This document shows, one piece after another, positions 9,785 through 18,687 of a stretch of 64,000 nt of DNA. The stretch comes from Bacilli bacterium (lineage in GTDB: Bacteria; Bacillota_I; Bacilli_A; RFN20; CAG-826), in contig JALCSW010000001.1 of assembly GCA_022653695.1 (NCBI GenBank), forward strand, positions 53,979 through 117,978, given 5' to 3'. A program made the position numbers and the translations under genes. Each line of letters starts with the position of its first letter. Positions within the stretch are counted from its first letter, which is position 1. The notes under the pieces are model-generated. The model saw only the letters and a program-made list of their open reading frames with translations, was not told the DNA's origin and did not search any database.

Positions 9785-10246
9785 ATGATCGAAGCGAAAT
9801 TCCAAGTCGGCCTCATGGCGGACGCCAAAGCCATCCGCCTTCGGGTCTTCAAAGAGGAGCAAGGCTACGAAAACGAGTTCGACGGGGATGAAGGCCGCGC
9901 CATCAACCTCGTGCTGTATTTGGACAAAAAACCGATCGGGACGGCGCGGCTGGTCGAAATCGACCCCGAGACGTATCGGGTGGGGCGCGTCGCCGTCTTG
10001 CCCGAGTACCGCCACCACAAAATCGGGACGTATCTCCTGAAATTCATGCAGGTCAAGGCCAAAACCCTCGGGGCCCGCCAACTCGTTTTGGGGGCGCAGC
10101 TCGACAAGACCGCCTTCTATGAGCGGCTCGGTTACGAAAAGGATCCCACGGGGGAGCTCTTTTTCGACGAAGGGCACCCCCACATCATGATGAGGAAGAC
10201 TTTGAAGTTCAGGAAAAGTCGAAGGAAAGGCGCGAACGGCCGTTAG
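9785..10246 (+). CDS. GNAT family N-acetyltransferase
   Basis: 153 aa. GNAT motif A (RVAVLPEYRHHKIGTYLL) and typical beta-alpha topology signature. Confidence 0.8.
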   Translation: MIEAKFQVGLMADAKAIRLRVFKEEQGYENEFDGDEGRAINLVLYLDKKPIGTARLVEIDPETYRVGRVAVLPEYRHHKIGTYLLKFMQVKAKTLGARQLVLGAQLDKTAFYERLGYEKDPTGELFFDEGHPHIMMRKTLKFRKSRRKGANGR

Positions 10247-11058
10247 ACGTTGCCGAGGTAAACGTGCTTCAGGTAGCGTCTCGCCACCGCCGCCAGTTCG
10301 GATAGGGCGCCCACATCCGTCGGGGGCTCTTTTTCTTTGTAACGCGGGAAGTAACGGGTGATATGAAGCGCGATCGCGGGGTCAAGCGAGGCGATCCACC
10401 TGGCCTCTTCTTCCATCATGGCCTTCGAATCGTTATGGCCCGGGACGATGAGCGTCGTGATTTCGAGGTGGCTTTCTCGGCAAGCCAGGGCGATGAAATC
10501 CTTCACCATCCCCAAATCGCCGCCGACGAAACGGTAAAATTCATCCGAAAAGCCCTTGAGATCGACGTTCATCGCATCGATGTAGGGAAGGATCTGCCCC
10601 AAAACGTCGAGGGAGGCCGTCCCGTTGCTCACGAGAACGTTAAGAAGGCCCCGCTCATGGATTAGGCGGGCGCAATCGCGCACGAACTCATAGCCGACGA
10701 GAGGCTCGTTGTACGTGTAGGCGAGGCCGATGTTCCCTTGCCTGAGGAGTTCCTGAGCGCAGTCAACGAGAGCCTCGGGGGTCAGGATGTCCGCGCTTGA
10801 GGAAAGGTCGAACTGCGAGATTTCGTAGTTTTGGCAAAACGGGCAACGGAGGTTGCAGCCATAGCTGCCCACCGACAGGATTTTGGAGCCGGGGTGGAAA
10901 AGCAAAAGAGGCTTCTTTTCGATCGGGTCGAGGGAAAGGGAAGTGACGGCCCCGTAGTTTTTGGCTACGATGCGGCCGCCTCTATTGACGCGGGCCCGGC
11001 AAAATCCCACTTGGCCCTCCGCGAGCTCGCAATGGCGGAAGCAAACGGGGCACCTCAT
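10243..11058 (-). CDS. amrS: AmmeMemoRadiSam system radical SAM enzyme
   Basis: 271 aa. CxxxCxxC radical-SAM cluster (GCNLRCPFCQN) plus N-terminal Cys pair (CPVCFRHC). Family-typical HPGS...SYGCNLRC context. Overlaps the upstream Memo/AMMECR1 gene by 4 nt. Confidence 0.7.
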   Translation of the reverse strand: MRCPVCFRHCELAEGQVGFCRARVNRGGRIVAKNYGAVTSLSLDPIEKKPLLLFHPGSKILSVGSYGCNLRCPFCQNYEISQFDLSSSADILTPEALVDCAQELLRQGNIGLAYTYNEPLVGYEFVRDCARLIHERGLLNVLVSNGTASLDVLGQILPYIDAMNVDLKGFSDEFYRFVGGDLGMVKDFIALACRESHLEITTLIVPGHNDSKAMMEEEARWIASLDPAIALHITRYFPRYKEKEPPTDVGALSELAAVARRYLKHVYLGNV

Positions 11059-12437
11059 TCGTGACGCACGACCGTGAAACGGAAGAGCTTAACCGGCGCC
11101 TCGGGGGCGATCCCGGCCTTTTTTTTGCAGATGGCGACCTGCTCGTCCGCCGTCTCGACGTTGGGAAGATCGGGCAAAAGAAGGCCCCTTTTGCCGTCGT
11201 TTTCGACAATGAGGCCGTATTTGCGGGGATTAAGCTCCGCCATGGAATCGACCGGTTCGGGGTCGCCAAGGACATCCACCGAAATCTTGAGATACGGGAT
11301 TTCTTTCTCCTCGATCGGGTCGAAGCGCGGGTCTTCGCTGGCGGAGGCGATGGCGTTGGCGACGATTTCCTTGCCGATGTTGCCCTGACTCGCTTTGGTG
11401 GTCCCGACGCAACCGCGAAGCTGGTCGAACTCATGGATCGAGACGAAAACGCCGGCCCGTCGGCCCGTTAACCCAGAGGGGACCTCACGCCCGGAAAGCT
11501 CCTTGCCCTCCTTCACGAAAACGTCGATCGCGTCGTAAGCCAGAAGGACGTAGGGGTCCGCCGCCGCTCGCTTGTTCCGGACTTCGAGGGCCTGCCGCGA
11601 ATAGTAGGCTTCGGCGAAGGAACGGGATGGATCGGCGGGGCCGGCGAGATACTCGCAGACTCCATACCCGACCCCGCAGGGGGCCTCATGCGACAGTTTC
11701 TTGGCTTTGACGGCCGTTCGGTCGAGCGCCCCGGCCATGATGAGGAAACTCCGGTGGCCGCATTCCTCGGCCTTCTCGAGGAAAGCGCCCGAGAAGGCGA
11801 GAAGCTCCCCAAAGGCGCCCCGCTGCATGAGGTCCATGAGGCGCTTGTCGTACTCCGGGCCCTCGGGCTCGTAGCCATAGGGGCCGTCTTCCTTTTGGCA
11901 ATGCGACAGGTCTCCGCTGGCGATGAAGACGATTCTTTTCTTCGTTTCGTCGCAAGCCCTTTTGATCAGCTCGCCGAAACGGTAATGGTCGATGAGGGGA
12001 AGCCCGCTTAAGCCAACCCTGACGAGACGATACGAGGTGTAGTGGCGGTTCACGAAAAAGAGCGGGACCATCGTTCCGTGATCGAGGTAGCGTTCCTCGT
12101 TGCCTTCCGTCCCCGCGGGGAAACGCTGGATTTTGGCCATGAGGGAGATGCGTTCGACGAGCTCGTAATCGTATTGGCAGCGGAACGTCACCCGAGGGAC
12201 GCCGAATTGGGAGAAAGAGCCGGTGACGACTTCCCCGTCGCTGATCTGGAAATAATCGGCGTAAGCCTCCGCGTGGGGGCTCGAAACGATGATCGTGTCG
12301 GGCTGAAGGCGGGCGATTTCCCGCCCCACTTTGTCATAGGCGTCCAAAGTGGCCTGGGCCTTGAGGGCGTCCGAGGCGTCGACGCCCGGGATGAGCATCG
12401 GCGGATGGGGAACCATGAAAGAAGCGATGATGGGCAT
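11055..12437 (-). CDS. fused AmmeMemoRadiSam system protein B (Memo-like) / protein A (AMMECR1 domain)
   Basis: 460 aa. The N-terminal ~270 aa is Memo/AmrB-like (class III extradiol-dioxygenase-like fold, IIVSSPHAEAY, GDLSHC). The C-terminal ~190 aa is an AMMECR1 domain (GVFVSIHEFDQLRGCVG...DPRF...LLLPDLP). Confidence 0.7.
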   Translation of the reverse strand: MPIIASFMVPHPPMLIPGVDASDALKAQATLDAYDKVGREIARLQPDTIIVSSPHAEAYADYFQISDGEVVTGSFSQFGVPRVTFRCQYDYELVERISLMAKIQRFPAGTEGNEERYLDHGTMVPLFFVNRHYTSYRLVRVGLSGLPLIDHYRFGELIKRACDETKKRIVFIASGDLSHCQKEDGPYGYEPEGPEYDKRLMDLMQRGAFGELLAFSGAFLEKAEECGHRSFLIMAGALDRTAVKAKKLSHEAPCGVGYGVCEYLAGPADPSRSFAEAYYSRQALEVRNKRAAADPYVLLAYDAIDVFVKEGKELSGREVPSGLTGRRAGVFVSIHEFDQLRGCVGTTKASQGNIGKEIVANAIASASEDPRFDPIEEKEIPYLKISVDVLGDPEPVDSMAELNPRKYGLIVENDGKRGLLLPDLPNVETADEQVAICKKKAGIAPEAPVKLFRFTVVRHE

Positions 12438-12511
12438 AGGCTATTTATAGCACGAATGGGGAATCCTTGCGCGCCAAAAGCGAGGAAAACGCCTCCCTGG
12501 CGCCGTTTTCG

Positions 12512-12539
12512 TTTACGAAAAAAGGGCGAATGGTATAAT
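12512..12539 (+). promoter_or_regulatory. sigma-A type promoter with extended -10 (TTTACG - 16 nt - TGgTATAAT)
   Basis: TTTACG at 12512-12517 and TGnTATAAT at 12531-12539. Sits just upstream of the riboswitch-like leader. Confidence 0.5.
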
Positions 12540-12544
12540 GGGGC

Positions 12545-12640
12545 CGCTCATATAATCCCATCGACTGGCGTGGGAGTCTCTACCGAGCCGCCGCACGGCT
12601 CCGCTATGGGCGCTCATTTTGCTGAGCCCCATTTTTTCAT
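12545..12640 (+). ncRNA. purine (guanine-type) riboswitch aptamer plus terminator-type expression platform; inferred ON switch
   Basis: P1 CGCUCAUA/UAUGGGCG. J1-2 UAAUC. L2 ...CUGG. J2-3 GUCUCUACC (xpt consensus GUUUCUACC). P3 GAGCC/GGCUC with a 7-nt loop containing CC. J3-1 ends in C (C74 equivalent, guanine specificity). Downstream hairpin GGGCGCUCA..UGAGCCCC plus UUUUUU shares GGGCG with the P1 3' strand. Confidence 0.6.
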
Positions 12641-12655
12641 AAAGGAGAGACAAGC

Positions 12656-13912
12656 ATGAAAATCCTCAAAGGCCGTCTGATCCAAGCCCCGAAGCTGGGA
12701 GAGATCCTCGCCTATCCGAACGGAGGCCTCCTCCTCGACGAGGACGGAGCCATCCTCAAAGTCTACGAAACCGTGCCGCGGGAAGCCCCCTGCGAAGTCG
12801 TCGACTACGGGGACAGGCTGATCATGCAATCCTTCGCCGACATGCACCTCCACGGCCCCCAATACCCGATGCTCGGGATGGGCATGGACCTTCCGCTCAT
12901 CGAATGGCTGAAGACATATACCTTCAAAACCGAATCGCGTTTTTCCGATCCCGAATACGCGCGAGGCGTTTACCGCAAACTGGCCCATAAACTCATCGCC
13001 AACGGCACCACCCGCGTCGCGATGTTCGGCTCGCTCCACGTCGATGCCACCCTCATTCTGATGGAGGAACTCGAGAAGGCCGGCCTGACCGGCTACGTCG
13101 GGAAAGTCAACATGGACCGCAACAACGAGCCCTACCTCACCGAAACGAGTGAGGAAAGCGAACGGGAAACCCTTCGCTGGCTCGACGAATGCGGCCGCTT
13201 CCGCTACATCCGCCCGATCCTGACCCCCCGCTTCACCCCGAGTTGCACGAACGGGCTCATGGCTTTCCTAGGGAAACTTTCCGCCGAAAGGCGCCTCCCC
13301 GTCCAATCGCACCTAAGCGAGAACGAGAACGAGATGGCCTGGGTCCATAGGCTCCATCCCGACACCACCCATTACTACCAGTCCTACCAAAAGTACGGCT
13401 TATGGAAAAAGAGGACCCTCATGGCCCATTGCGTCCATAGCGACGAAACGGAACGGAAAGCCATGAAGGAGGCCGGCGTCTACCTCGTCCACTGCCCCGA
13501 CAGCAACGTCAACCTCGTTTCCGGGGTCTGCCCCGTGAGGACCTTCCTCAACGAAGGCGTCAACGTCGTCCTGGGCAGCGACATCGCCGGAGGGGCGCTC
13601 CTGCCGATGTCCCAAAACATCCAGGAAACGATCAAAATCAGCAAAATCCATTCGATCGCCACCAAAGGCAAGGACGCCTTCCTTTCCGTGAATGAGGCCT
13701 ATTACCTCGCCACCACGGCCCCGGCCCTCTATTTCGAAGGGGGCGCGGGGTTCGAGGAAGGGAAGAAACTCCACGCGATCGTGGTCGACGACAGTTCCTT
13801 TTGCCCCGCGACGAGGCCCCTCAGCCTGCAGGAACGCTTTGAGCGCGCCATCTACATGATGGGCGAAAGCAACATCGTGGCCGTCTACAGCGAGGGCCGC
13901 AAAGTCCTCTAG
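12656..13912 (+). CDS. amidohydrolase-superfamily protein, probable guanine deaminase
   Basis: 418 aa. Metal-binding HxH (DMHLHGPQ), TIM-barrel amidohydrolase pattern with downstream His/Asp ligands (HCVH, DSNV...GSD). Purine-riboswitch leader supports a purine substrate. Confidence 0.6.
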   Translation: MKILKGRLIQAPKLGEILAYPNGGLLLDEDGAILKVYETVPREAPCEVVDYGDRLIMQSFADMHLHGPQYPMLGMGMDLPLIEWLKTYTFKTESRFSDPEYARGVYRKLAHKLIANGTTRVAMFGSLHVDATLILMEELEKAGLTGYVGKVNMDRNNEPYLTETSEESERETLRWLDECGRFRYIRPILTPRFTPSCTNGLMAFLGKLSAERRLPVQSHLSENENEMAWVHRLHPDTTHYYQSYQKYGLWKKRTLMAHCVHSDETERKAMKEAGVYLVHCPDSNVNLVSGVCPVRTFLNEGVNVVLGSDIAGGALLPMSQNIQETIKISKIHSIATKGKDAFLSVNEAYYLATTAPALYFEGGAGFEEGKKLHAIVVDDSSFCPATRPLSLQERFERAIYMMGESNIVAVYSEGRKVL

Positions 13913-14034
13913 AAAACGCGTGGGCCGAACCATCCCCGTTTCGCGAAAGGAAAGACGGCCTATGCCGAGGAACTCGGAAGCGAAATAGCCTTCATAAACC
14001 CTTCGTTTGCGTCCCTTCGCTTCGTCGAAACCCC

Positions 14035-14904
14035 TTAAAGAAGGAATTCGTCTTTCAGCCGAGCGGAGAGGGAAGGGGGCAAAAAAGCCTTGTCCCCGAA
14101 TGCGACGAAGGAAGACAAAACGGATCTCTCCTCGCGAAGAACGGATAGGGCCCAGTCCTTCCTAAGGCCCATCCGTTGGGCGGAACGGACGAAGTCATCG
14201 TCGACGAAACCATCCAATTTGCCATTAATCGTCATTTGGCGATGCTTGCTCCATTGTCCGTTCTCATTGTGGGAAAAAGACAAATCATAAGCCGGCGCGA
14301 GTCTCCATGAACCGTCGCGATCCATAAGAAAGGAGATGTTCTTCACGTGATCGTCGTCGTTTTGGGCCACCGCATTGAAGACCATGCGACGAAACAGTTG
14401 CTCCGTTTCCTTTTTCCCACCATGAAGGCGATCGATTATTCCGGCCACTTCTTCATAGGAATGGGCCCCCGGATCCCTGAAATCGAATCCGGCGAGGCCC
14501 GCCAAAGAAAGCATATGCGTCTTCTTTCCTTCCGCGGTCCGGTCAAAACGTTCGGTGAGAAAATGATAATGGCCGCCCGGCATCGGAAAAAGACGGGATG
14601 GCATCATCTCGATTCCGCATGAAACGGCCGCCAAATAGTATGCGTATTCAATTCTCGTATAGTACGTTTTGCCGCCATCCTCGCTTTCTTCGCTCGTGAG
14701 GCCATCGAACTTCAAAATCCCGTATTCGTATCTTTTTAAACCGGAGATCTGACCGGATCTGATTTCACCGTTAGGGCCTAAGGCGATCACCGCTTTGGCC
14801 CGAGCCCCGCCAATCGAGGAACCAACGGCCACCAGTTGGGCGAGACTCGCCTCGTGAATATCGGCTCTGGCTTCCTCGTTCACCGATTGAGAAAGGAAAA
14901 GCAA
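14035..14904 (-). CDS. short HipA/HipT-like Ser/Thr kinase (C-terminal kinase domain only; orphan)
   Basis: 289 aa. Gly-rich loop SIGGARAK, catalytic DDHVKN and Mg-binding LAPAYDLSF motifs are intact. No ATG start (TTG/GTG only), no HipA N-domain, no adjacent hipB/hipS. Confidence 0.5.
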   Translation of the reverse strand: MLFLSQSVNEEARADIHEASLAQLVAVGSSIGGARAKAVIALGPNGEIRSGQISGLKRYEYGILKFDGLTSEESEDGGKTYYTRIEYAYYLAAVSCGIEMMPSRLFPMPGGHYHFLTERFDRTAEGKKTHMLSLAGLAGFDFRDPGAHSYEEVAGIIDRLHGGKKETEQLFRRMVFNAVAQNDDDHVKNISFLMDRDGSWRLAPAYDLSFSHNENGQWSKHRQMTINGKLDGFVDDDFVRSAQRMGLRKDWALSVLREERSVLSSFVAFGDKAFLPPSLSARLKDEFLL

Positions 14905-14913
14905 AGCCGTAAA

Positions 14914-15462
14914 ATGCTAACCATGGGCAAAAAAAGAAAAAAACTCGATGAGCTGAGCCAAGCCAAACTCGTCTATTCGATCGAACTCGGCGTTTTCTCG
15001 CTGATCTTCCTCACCATGGGGCTTCTTTTCTATTTCGAGGTCATCCCGATGAGCGACCGCCGAATCGTCATCTTCAGCGTCATCACCCTCGTCGGCGGGT
15101 TCCTCGGCGTCGGGGATTTCGTTTGGTTCCTTTGCTCGCCCAAACGGAGAAAGAAGAACTCGATGCTCGACAAAGCCTCGCTTCTGCCCGTGCCCCTTTG
15201 CCTCATCCCCCTTGACATCGTGACCTTCGCGAACGGGGCCTTCCCCGACCGCGCCTACTCGATCATGTTCTTCGCCGTCTTCCTTTATTTCGCGATCGAT
15301 TACCTCGTTCAGCTCATCTACCACTGGTTCCGCCCGATCCCCATGCTCCTCGACACGGAGGAGGATCTCAAAAAGGCGGAGCGGAAGGACGCCGAGGCGG
15401 CCCCAAAAGAAAGAGGGGCCGAGCCCGCGACGGCGCCTAAGGACGGGGAAAAAGGCGAATAA
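14914..15462 (+). CDS. hypothetical membrane protein with basic N-terminus and acidic/Lys-rich C-terminal tail
   Basis: About 180 aa from MLTMGKKRKK. 4 predicted TM helices. Divergent from, and abutting, the HipA-like gene. Confidence 0.4.
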   Translation: MLTMGKKRKKLDELSQAKLVYSIELGVFSLIFLTMGLLFYFEVIPMSDRRIVIFSVITLVGGFLGVGDFVWFLCSPKRRKKNSMLDKASLLPVPLCLIPLDIVTFANGAFPDRAYSIMFFAVFLYFAIDYLVQLIYHWFRPIPMLLDTEEDLKKAERKDAEAAPKERGAEPATAPKDGEKGE

Positions 15463-15544
15463 GCGAAAAAAGGGCGGGTCGCGATTCCTGAGGCCCGCCT
15501 TTTTTCATGGATTCTCCCTAGAACCCCCAGCCGAAGGGTTTCGG

Positions 15545-16474
15545 CTAGGCTTTTCGCTTATGGGAGGCGTTTTCGGCCTTGCCTTTCCCGATCGGGTAAA
15601 GGATCAGATCGAAAACGAAGAAAGAGGAAGTCGTGAAGAGGGCCCCGAAGGAAACGTCGCTCAGGAAATGGGCGCCGATGAGCATCCGACTGTAAGCGAC
15701 TAGAGCCATCCAGATAAAACCGATCGCGAAGAGAAGAACGTCGTGCTTGGCGAGGCGGCTGTCGAGACGCGGCAGGCAACCCGCGATGAGCAAAGCGACG
15801 GAAGCGCTCGTGACGTGGCCCGAGGGAAAGCTCTTGAACTCCTCGGCGAGGCCCGGGTCGGTCCCCAAGACGGTGGCTCGCAAACCGTTGGCGCTCTCCC
15901 ACCAATTATGAAAGTCGCCCAAAACCGGAACCACCGACCCGCTCGTCTCGCCGACGAGCCAGCGGTACCGCGGACGGGCGTCGAATTTTTTGACGAGGGT
16001 CGTCAGCAAAAGGGCGAGGAAAATGGCCGCGATCATGCAAAGAAGGTCCCTCCGCCAATGGGGATCGTCGCATTTCCTGGCGAAAAAGAAGCCGCCCGAA
16101 TAGGCCAGCCCGCACAAGAGGAAACTGATGGGCCAGCCCAAGTACCACATGCCCTCGACGTCATAGGCGTTGCGGGAGATGATGGCTTTCCCGGCGTAAT
16201 AGACGCCAAAGCCCGTCACGAGAACGCCGAGGGCGATGACGAGAATCCTGCGCCAAAGGACTTTGTCGTCCCTGAGCTCGAGGGAAAGAAGCAGGCCGCC
16301 GATGAAACTGAGGCCGGCGTAGCAGGGCAATTCCCCGACCGCGGCCATGAAAAGGCCAAAGCCGTTGCGGCTGCTGTAGAGAGATTGGGCGATCGCTAGA
16401 TCGTAAAACGACCCGAGGACGATTCCTAAGGCGATAAGGGCGAACACCGGAACGAAAAGCCATTTCTTGCGCAT
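15545..16474 (-). CDS. PAP2-superfamily membrane phosphatase
   Basis: 309 aa. The three PAP2 motifs KKFDARPR, PSGH and SRMLIGAHFLSD. Multiple TM helices. Confidence 0.8.
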   Translation of the reverse strand: MRKKWLFVPVFALIALGIVLGSFYDLAIAQSLYSSRNGFGLFMAAVGELPCYAGLSFIGGLLLSLELRDDKVLWRRILVIALGVLVTGFGVYYAGKAIISRNAYDVEGMWYLGWPISFLLCGLAYSGGFFFARKCDDPHWRRDLLCMIAAIFLALLLTTLVKKFDARPRYRWLVGETSGSVVPVLGDFHNWWESANGLRATVLGTDPGLAEEFKSFPSGHVTSASVALLIAGCLPRLDSRLAKHDVLLFAIGFIWMALVAYSRMLIGAHFLSDVSFGALFTTSSFFVFDLILYPIGKGKAENASHKRKA

Positions 16475-16595
16475 AAGGTATCCTCCGTTTTATCCCATTA
16501 GGTAGATTATAGGCCGCCGTGAGCCTTCGGCGAAACGAGTTTGTGGATTTCGTGGCGGGGACGCCGCCGAAACGGCGCCCCTCCATCGAGGCCCG

Positions 16596-17711
16596 CTATT
16601 TCCTTTTCGGCGACTCGGGCCGTTTCGAGATGACGAGTTGGTTGAAGGGGATGTTGATGCCGTTATCGTTCATGAGGGTGAATATCTTCTCGTTGAGTTC
16701 CCGGGTGACCCCGAACTTGTCCTCCTCTTTGACCGAGGCGATGATGCGAAGCAGAATCCCCGAATCCTGAAACTCCTGAACGCCAAGGAATTTCGGGATC
16801 CCGATAACCCCTTTTGTCTCCTTGCCGATTTTGGGCAGGTTGTCATCGAGGAGCTTGCGGACCGCCTTGAGGTCCTGATCGTAATCGACGGGGATGTCCA
16901 CCACCGCGAACGAGTTCTCCTGGCTCAGGTTGATCGCGGTCGCGATCTTGGAGTTGTGGATGGTTTTGACGTTGCCGGCGGCATCGGTTATCTTGGTCGT
17001 GGCAAGGCCGATTTCGCTGACGACGCCGCGGAATTCATCGATGACGACCGTATCCCCCACCTCGAATTCCTGCTCAAAGACGATGGCGAGTCCTCCTATA
17101 ACGTCGGCGATGAGAGATTGGGCCCCGAGGCCGATGACGAGGGCGACGATGCCGGCGCTCGCGACGAGGGCGGCCGTGTTAACGCCCCAAACGCCCAAAA
17201 TAACGAAAAGCAGGACGATCCAACTCACGTATTTTATGGTGCTGTTGACGAGTTTGCCGATCGTGATGGCCTTCTTGTTGGCGTGGACGGTCGAAAAGGT
17301 GATGACGAAGCGGAGCAAACGCGAGATGCCGATCAAAAGGAAAAGATAGAAGACGGTCTGCAGGATCGGGCTGGCCTGATCGACGAGCCAATTGCCCGTG
17401 ACGGGGGCTTCGTTGCTGAATATTTTGGCGAAATAGCTTCCGGGCCACCACGTTGAGGCGTAAAGCCCGCAGACGACGTAAGCCACGGCGAGGGTCAGGA
17501 AAACCCAGGCCGCGATGGCTTGGGCCCGTTGCTTCCCGTCCATTTCCCGCCATGTCGGATCCTGGGAGCGGGGGCGGCCGCTTAGGTTTTTGCCGTAAAG
17601 GATGGCGTCGGTCGCCGCCTTGGCCCGCGTCCTTGAGCGGGCCCCGACTTCCCTAGCTTCCGCTTTGACCTTTTTGAGCCCGTCTTTTCTTTTTTCGTCT
17701 TTCATATCCAT
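16596..17711 (-). CDS. mechanosensitive ion channel, MscS family
   Basis: 371 aa. TM3/beta-domain signature (ALVIGLGAQSLIADVIGG...GDTVVIDEFRGVVSEIGLATTKI). KE-rich N-terminus. Confidence 0.8.
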   Translation of the reverse strand: MDMKDEKRKDGLKKVKAEAREVGARSRTRAKAATDAILYGKNLSGRPRSQDPTWREMDGKQRAQAIAAWVFLTLAVAYVVCGLYASTWWPGSYFAKIFSNEAPVTGNWLVDQASPILQTVFYLFLLIGISRLLRFVITFSTVHANKKAITIGKLVNSTIKYVSWIVLLFVILGVWGVNTAALVASAGIVALVIGLGAQSLIADVIGGLAIVFEQEFEVGDTVVIDEFRGVVSEIGLATTKITDAAGNVKTIHNSKIATAINLSQENSFAVVDIPVDYDQDLKAVRKLLDDNLPKIGKETKGVIGIPKFLGVQEFQDSGILLRIIASVKEEDKFGVTRELNEKIFTLMNDNGINIPFNQLVISKRPESPKRK

Positions 17712-17732
17712 GTCCCTCGCTTTCCCTTTGTT

Positions 17733-18359
17733 TTACTCGATGGTGACCGATTCGCTGAGAAGCGGCCTCGTGCCCACCATGGTCGAGGCGACGACCGTCA
17801 ACGTGTAGGTCCCGCTTTCAAGGGGCTCGAACGTCCCCGCGCAGTCGATGGTGGTAAGGCTGTTGAAACCGGTGAACGAATAGATTTGCCTCTCGATGTC
17901 GTTCCGTTCCTCGATCCCAACCTCGAGAGTGGCCTCGAAGGAGCACGTCGCGAAGAACGAATAGGAAACGCCGCCTCTTAGGGACGACACCTCCACGTCC
18001 GTCAGCTCCGGGACGGCCCCTTGAATGAGGGCGAACACGGAAACGGCCAAAATCCCAGCCACCCCCGTTGCCATCGCGGCATTGCTGGCCTTTTTTCGGC
18101 TCGCCAAACCGATGTTCCCTTCGTTCTTCGTCGCCTGAAGGGACGAGCCGAGGTCGCCGTCGCTATAGCCGGTGACTTCGTGGCGGATCCCTAGGGGATT
18201 TCCACTGAGGCTGGACGTTTTGATGTCGTTGTATTCACCATGCTCATATGTGTTGCGGGCCATGGCGAAATTAGCCCGCTCGTGCCACTTGAGGTTGTTT
18301 GGCGAAACGCCGGTTTTCATAACTAAGGAAATCATAGCAAGGAAACGATGCCGATGCAT
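17733..18359 (-). CDS. hypothetical protein with single TM helix and C-terminal beta-rich ectodomain
   Basis: 208 aa. Start ambiguous (three in-frame ATGs, none with SD). Faces a ~330-bp AT-rich divergent intergenic region. Confidence 0.35.
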   Translation of the reverse strand: MHRHRFLAMISLVMKTGVSPNNLKWHERANFAMARNTYEHGEYNDIKTSSLSGNPLGIRHEVTGYSDGDLGSSLQATKNEGNIGLASRKKASNAAMATGVAGILAVSVFALIQGAVPELTDVEVSSLRGGVSYSFFATCSFEATLEVGIEERNDIERQIYSFTGFNSLTTIDCAGTFEPLESGTYTLTVVASTMVGTRPLLSESVTIE

Positions 18360-18687
18360 TCAAAACGGAAGCGGCGAGGCGAAAGCGCGAAAATATAAAA
18401 TATTTACAATTCAACAATAAACCCGCTTTCCTCCGTCGCGGTTTTCTTTAACGCTTGACCACATCAAGGCAAAACGGTTTTCCCCGATCGTTAAGTAATC
18501 TCTCTTAGAGAATAGTGTCTCCTTTTTTTGATTGAAAACGCGCGCGTCCATACTTAGTATATATAACGTTTATTAAGGACCAATATCGGTTGTTTAGAGA
18601 CGTTGGGAATCCTAAACCCCGTTGGTCAATAGTAGGCTTCATAAACGCGTATCGCGCAAAAGCGATTGAGAAACAGGAGGCTCATCT

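Noticed and set aside
12551-12556. Second TATAAT hexamer that could be read as the -10 box of the deaminase promoter.
   Set aside because: It is the conserved UAUAAU of the purine-aptamer J1-2 region. The better promoter (extended -10 TGgTATAAT with TTTACG -35) lies at 12512-12539.
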